Part shown: positions 59,878 to 64,000 of the stretch, one piece after another
How the letters are laid out: each line of letters opens with the position of its first letter
Numbering within the stretch: position 1 is the first letter of the stretch
Origin: an uncultured Erysipelotrichaceae bacterium
GTDB taxonomy: Bacteria; Bacillota_I; Bacilli_A; RFN20; CAG-826
Reading direction: 5' to 3'
DNA: 64,000 nt
NCBI GenBank assembly: GCA_902797855.1
Contig: CADBUI010000001.1
Location: 10,852-74,851 of the forward strand
The notes under the pieces: generated by a model
What the model saw: the letters and a program-made list of their open reading frames with translations, nothing else
Database searches by the model: none
Told to the model about the DNA's origin: nothing
Translations under genes and position numbers: made by a program

Positions 59878-59902
59878 GGAGTGGCTTACCACTCCTTTTT
59901 GT
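59878..59902 (+). terminator. Rho-independent terminator
   Basis: Stem GGAGTGG / CCACTCC with loop CTTA, followed by TTTTT. Confidence 0.8.
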
Positions 59903-60014
59903 TTCCTCCTATTAATTTATTGGGGAAAAAGCATTGAAAAGTGTCTAAATTACCCTATGAAAGTGCTTACAACATTAAGTTGCGTATTAATTAACTACGT
60001 GATACATTTATAAA

Positions 60015-60031
60015 TGTAACAGATGTTATCA
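60015..60031. promoter_or_regulatory. GlnR/TnrA-box-like element (TGTAA-N7-TATCA) upstream of gdhA
   Basis: One mismatch to the TGTNA-N7-TNACA consensus. It is adjacent to the 14-bp perfect palindrome ACATTTATAAATGT (60004-60017), which overlaps a candidate promoter (TTGCGT at 59980-59985, 17-nt spacer, TACATT at 60003-60008). Confidence 0.3.
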
Positions 60032-60104
60032 CTACATTATTTGTTCTAAATAGCTTTGCTAACAAATAGTTGGCTTTTTTGCTATTAGAAAGAGAGGTAC
60101 ATAA

Positions 60105-61451
60105 ATGTATAAAAGTGAATATCTTAATCGCGTACTTGCAGAAGTAAACGCAAAAAGTGCTGGACAAGTTGAATTCATTAAAGCAGTTGAAGAATTCTTT
60201 GACTCCATGGATTTCCTTGTCGACAAAAATCCTGATATCGAAAAGTATTCAATTCTTGAAAGACTAGTTGTCCCAGAAAGAGTTATCTCATTTAGAGTCC
60301 CATGGGTTGATGATAAAGGCGTCATCAGAGTAAATAATGGTTGGCGTGTTGAATTCAACTCTGCAATTGGACCATATAAAGGTGGTATGAGATTTGATAA
60401 GTCAGTTAATCTTTCCATCCTTAAATTCTTAGGATTTGAACAAACATTCAAAAACTCCCTCACTGGACTTCCAATGGGCGGAGGTAAAGGTGGCGCAGAC
60501 TTTGATCCACGCGGTAAAAGCGATGGTGAAGTCATGAGATTCTGTCAATCATTTATGGCGGAATTCTATCGTCACATTGGACCAAACACTGACGTTCCTG
60601 CTGGCGACCTTGGTTTCGGTGCTCGTGAAATCGGATATATGTTTGGTTACTATAAGAAACTTGTTAATGAATGGAATGGTGTCTTTACAGGTAAAGGACT
60701 TTCCTATGGTGGTTCTTTAGGTAGACCAGAAGCCACTGGATATGGATTACTTTATTTCGCTCAAGAAATGCTTCATGAAATTCTCCATGATGATATTAAG
60801 GGCAAGAAAGTTATTATCTCTGGTAGTGGTAAAGTTGGTGGTATGGCCGCTCAAAAAGCTAAAGAACTCGGTGCATGCTTAGTCGCTATGAGTGATATCG
60901 AAGGCTTCGTCTATGATCCAAATGGTCTTGACGTTGACTATATCGTCGCTAAAGCAAAAGCTAAAGGTATGTTCTCTAAAGACTACGCCGCTGATCATAA
61001 AGGCGTTAAGTTTGTTGGCGATCCTCACGAAATGTGGAAGACCCCATGTGAAATTGCTCTTCCATGCGCAACTCAAGGTGAAATCCATCTCGAAGACGCT
61101 AAATTATTAAAGAAGAACGGATGCTATATGCTTGTTGAAGGCGCTAATATGCCATGCGATGTTGAAGCAATTCGTTACTTCAATGAAAACGATGTCTTAT
61201 TTGCTCCAGGTAAAGCTAGTAACGCTGGTGGTGTTGCGGTAAGTGGCCTTGAAATGAGCCAAAACGCTATGCACCTCTCTTGGACATTCGAAGAAGTTGA
61301 TGCAAGACTTAAAGACATCATGAAATCTATCTTCAATAAATGCTACGAAACTGCTAAGAAATATGGTCAACCACGTAACTTAGCGTTAGGTGCAAACATT
61401 GCTGGATTTGAAAAAGTCCTCGATGCAATGATTGCTCAAGGTGTTTGCTAA
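60105..61451 (+). CDS. gdhA: NADP-specific glutamate dehydrogenase
   Basis: LPMGGGKGGADFDPRGKSD. Hexameric GDH length (448 aa). SD AGAGAGG. Confidence 0.95.
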   Translation: MYKSEYLNRVLAEVNAKSAGQVEFIKAVEEFFDSMDFLVDKNPDIEKYSILERLVVPERVISFRVPWVDDKGVIRVNNGWRVEFNSAIGPYKGGMRFDKSVNLSILKFLGFEQTFKNSLTGLPMGGGKGGADFDPRGKSDGEVMRFCQSFMAEFYRHIGPNTDVPAGDLGFGAREIGYMFGYYKKLVNEWNGVFTGKGLSYGGSLGRPEATGYGLLYFAQEMLHEILHDDIKGKKVIISGSGKVGGMAAQKAKELGACLVAMSDIEGFVYDPNGLDVDYIVAKAKAKGMFSKDYAADHKGVKFVGDPHEMWKTPCEIALPCATQGEIHLEDAKLLKKNGCYMLVEGANMPCDVEAIRYFNENDVLFAPGKASNAGGVAVSGLEMSQNAMHLSWTFEEVDARLKDIMKSIFNKCYETAKKYGQPRNLALGANIAGFEKVLDAMIAQGVC

Positions 61452-62671
61452 TGTCGAACTTTAAATGTGTTGTTGCTCCTCATATTCTCCTTCCTAATAA
61501 GAAGGTTGATATGAATGCATTTGCAGTCATCGCTTGCGATCAATTTACTTCTCAAGTCGATTACTGGGATTCACTTAAAAAAGAGATTGGTAATAAGCCA
61601 TCTACTTTTAACATGATGTTCCCAGAAGCCTATTTAGGTAAGGTTGATGAAAAGAAATATATTGATAACATTAATTCCACGATTGATAAGTATCTAAATG
61701 ATGGTACTTTAGTGGATGAAGGTGAATGTTTTATCCTTGTTGACCGTAAGACTAGTGAAGTTGAACGTCGACTTGGACTTGTTATTGCGATTGATCTAGA
61801 AGATTACACATACCAAAAAGGGGTGAAATCTTTAATTCGCGCTAGTGAAGCAACAATCGTTGAAAGAATTCCTCCAAGACTCAAAATTAGAGAGAATGCT
61901 CCTGTGGAACTTCCACATATTCTCTTCCTATTTGATGATAAAAATGAATCAATTATTGAACCTTTATACAAAGATAGAGCTAAATTAGAAAAAGTTTATG
62001 ATTTTGAACTTAATAAGAATGGTGGACATTTAACTGGTTACAAAGTTAAAGATACCGCTAGTGTTATTTCAAAATTTGAAGCTTTACTTAAAAAGAATAA
62101 CAATGGACTTTTGTTTATTGTAGGTGATGGTAACCATTCACTTGCGACCGCAAAAGCACATTGGGATAAAATCAAAGTTAATCTATCTAAAGAAGAAAGA
62201 TTATCTCATCCTGCTAGATACGCTTTAGTCGAAGCGCTCAATATATACGATAAAGGACTAATCTTTGAACCAATCCATAGGGTAGTGTTTAATCCTTCAT
62301 CTTCTTTTGTTAGTGAACTATCTAAACGTTTAGGTGGTGAATTTAAGTCATTCACCTACACTAAAGAAGGTGGAAAGAAAGAACTTCCTATGCCTAAAAA
62401 TGGACCAAAGTGCTATAAGATTGTCCAATCATATATTGATGAGTATCTAGCTAATCATCCTGAATCGAGTGTTGATTATATTCATGATGAAGATCAATTA
62501 ATTGAAGTTGCAGATAATAATCCTAATAGTGTCGCTATTAAGATGCCTGCACTTACCAAAGGTGATATCTTCGACTATATCGCCGCTGATGACGTGCTCC
62601 CAAGGAAATCCTTCTCAATGGGGCACGCGACTGAAAAGCGTTATTATCTCGAAAGCAAGAGAATTAAATAA
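61451..62671 (+). CDS. DUF1015-like protein
   Basis: About 406 aa. The IVGDGNHSLATAKAHW region resembles the conserved DGHHR-type block of DUF1015. The ATG at 61451 overlaps the gdhA stop (TAATG). Confidence 0.55.
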   Translation: MSNFKCVVAPHILLPNKKVDMNAFAVIACDQFTSQVDYWDSLKKEIGNKPSTFNMMFPEAYLGKVDEKKYIDNINSTIDKYLNDGTLVDEGECFILVDRKTSEVERRLGLVIAIDLEDYTYQKGVKSLIRASEATIVERIPPRLKIRENAPVELPHILFLFDDKNESIIEPLYKDRAKLEKVYDFELNKNGGHLTGYKVKDTASVISKFEALLKKNNNGLLFIVGDGNHSLATAKAHWDKIKVNLSKEERLSHPARYALVEALNIYDKGLIFEPIHRVVFNPSSSFVSELSKRLGGEFKSFTYTKEGGKKELPMPKNGPKCYKIVQSYIDEYLANHPESSVDYIHDEDQLIEVADNNPNSVAIKMPALTKGDIFDYIAADDVLPRKSFSMGHATEKRYYLESKRIK

Positions 62672-62688
62672 CAGTAAAGGAGTAAAAA

Positions 62689-63771
62689 ATGTCACGTATT
62701 TACAACTTCTCCGCTGGACCAGCAATGCTTCCTGAGGAAGTCCTCAAACAAGCTGCTGCGGAAATGCTTGATTACAATAATTCAGGCATGTCGGTCATGG
62801 AAATGAGCCACCGCTCAAAATATTATCAAGCCATTATTGATGAAGCTGAAGCAGACCTTCGCAAATTAATTGGAATTCCAGAAAACTATAAAGTTTTATT
62901 CCTCCAAGGTGGTGCAACACTTCAATTCGCTTTAATTCCACTAAACTTCATGTTTAAAGGTAAAGCCGATTATATCAACACTGGTGTATGGACAAAGAAA
63001 GCTATTAAAGACGCTAAACTTTATGGTGAAGTTAACGTAGTCGCTAGTAGTGAAGACCGCAACTTCAAATACATCCCAGATGTTAAGAAAATGAAATTTG
63101 ATAAGGATGCTGACTACGTTTATATGTGTGATAACAACACTATCTTCGGTAGTAAATATAAAGAATATCCAGATACTGGTGATATCCCACTAGTATGCGA
63201 TATGTCATCATGCTTCCTTAGTGAACCAATTGATGTTAAGAAATTTGGTGTAATTTACGCTGGTGCACAAAAGAACGTCGGTCCTGCTGGTGTTACCATT
63301 CTTATTATTAGAGATGATTTACTTGCTAAACCAGCACGTACACCTCTCCCAGCATATTTCGATTATAGAATTCATGCTGAAAATGGTTCTATGTATAACA
63401 CCCCACCAACCTATGGTATTTATATCTGTGGTCTTGTCTTTAAGTGGTTACTTAAAAATGGTGGACTTGAAGCTCGAAAGAAAGCCAATGAAGAAAAAGC
63501 TAAAGTTCTTTATGACTATCTTGATAGTTCAAAATTATTCACTCCATATGTCGATAAAGAATATCGTTCACTCATGAACGTTACATTCCGTACACCAAGC
63601 GATGAAATGGATGCTGAATTCCTTGAAGGTGCTAAGAAATATAGATTTACTAACCTCAAAGGTCATAGACTTACTGGTGGACTTCGTGCTTCCATTTATA
63701 ACGCTATGCCAATTGAAGGTGTTAGAGCCCTTGTTGCTTATATGAAAGAATTTGAAGAGGCACATAAATAA
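62689..63771 (+). CDS. serC: Phosphoserine aminotransferase
   Basis: MSRIYNFSAGPAMLPEEVL, GAQKNVGPAGVT (PLP lysine), GGLRASIYNAMP. Confidence 0.95.
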   Translation: MSRIYNFSAGPAMLPEEVLKQAAAEMLDYNNSGMSVMEMSHRSKYYQAIIDEAEADLRKLIGIPENYKVLFLQGGATLQFALIPLNFMFKGKADYINTGVWTKKAIKDAKLYGEVNVVASSEDRNFKYIPDVKKMKFDKDADYVYMCDNNTIFGSKYKEYPDTGDIPLVCDMSSCFLSEPIDVKKFGVIYAGAQKNVGPAGVTILIIRDDLLAKPARTPLPAYFDYRIHAENGSMYNTPPTYGIYICGLVFKWLLKNGGLEARKKANEEKAKVLYDYLDSSKLFTPYVDKEYRSLMNVTFRTPSDEMDAEFLEGAKKYRFTNLKGHRLTGGLRASIYNAMPIEGVRALVAYMKEFEEAHK

Positions 63772-64000
63772 TGAACGTACTTTGCTTAAATAAAATTTCT
63801 CCAGTTGGACTTGCTGTCCTTCCTAAAGAATATAAACTCGTCGAAGATGTTAAAGACGCTGATGCAATTTTAGTTAGAAGCGCTCAAATGCTTGAAATTG
63901 ATCTTCCAGAAAGAGTCATTGCAGTCGCTCGTGCAGGTGCAGGTGTTAATAACATTCCTCTTGATAAATATGCTGCCCAAGGTATTGTTGTTTTTAATAC
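63771..64000 (+). CDS. serA: D-3-phosphoglycerate dehydrogenase / 2-hydroxyacid dehydrogenase, 3'-truncated by the window edge
   Basis: Hand translation gives MNVLCLNKISPVGLAVLPKEYKLVEDVKDADAILVRSAQMLEIDLPERVIAVARAGAGVNNIPLDKYAAQGIVVFN. The ATG overlaps the serC stop (TAATG). The ORF runs off the window. Confidence 0.8.
   Translation, partial: MNVLCLNKISPVGLAVLPKEYKLVEDVKDADAILVRSAQMLEIDLPERVIAVARAGAGVNNIPLDKYAAQGIVVFN

Noticed and set aside
59958-60014. 18-codon ORF (MKVLTTLSCVLINYVIHL) in the gdhA upstream region
   Set aside because: It has no SD, is very short, and overlaps the predicted promoter and operator. There is no evidence for a leader-peptide attenuation arrangement, since no terminator or antiterminator follows.
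60015-60031. TGTAACAGATGTTATCA considered as a CcpA cre site
   Set aside because: It lacks the central CG of the cre consensus (TGWAANCGNTNWCA) and the half-site spacing is wrong. It fits the GlnR/TnrA-type spacing better, and even that call has low confidence.
60059-60535. 158-aa minus-strand ORF overlapping the 5' part of gdhA
   Set aside because: It is antisense to an unambiguous, full-length glutamate dehydrogenase. Its composition is Pro/Ser/Leu-rich with no recognisable motif. It is an ORF-track artefact.

Overview
This window is a low-GC (roughly 35-40%) chromosomal segment of a Bacillota/Mycoplasmatota-like anaerobe. It uses genetic code 11: TGA acts as a stop (e.g. 2587-2589, 8891-8893) and Trp is TGG. 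Content is overwhelmingly core and housekeeping. The centrepiece is a complete S10-spc-alpha ribosomal protein cluster (rpsJ to rplQ, 40289-55262), including secY, adk, map, infA, rpmJ and rpoA. Around it are central metabolism genes (cysK, eno, gpmA, add, pepC, prs, gdhA, serC, serA, preTA) and a queuosine salvage cluster (queT-tgt-queA-queH). There are also three paralogous heterodimeric ABC exporter pairs (one with a TetR regulator), redox proteins (FprA, an EFR1-type ferredoxin, a flavin reductase), Sir2, DJ-1 and macrodomain proteins, an aquaporin, and several lipoproteins. I see no rRNA, tRNA, CRISPR array, transposase, integrase, phage gene or recognisable defence system. The most unusual features are listed below.

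- Lys/Ala/Pro-rich extension cassettes are shared at the DNA level between the L22, S17 and L5 genes, and other r-proteins carry different extensions.
- A membrane protein is coupled to a DUF2130-like protein (zinc ribbon, coiled coil, PD-(D/E)xK-like core).
- An SDR-zinc-ribbon fusion is translationally coupled to an EFR1 flavodoxin/ferredoxin.
- A DUF1015 gene is wedged between gdhA and serC-serA by TAATG overlaps.
- A -10 box sits 6-10 nt upstream of start codons that lack a Shine-Dalgarno sequence, which suggests leaderless mRNAs.
- Synteny breaks after rplQ, where two small exported proteins are encoded.

All functional calls come from motif recognition by eye. No database search was run.
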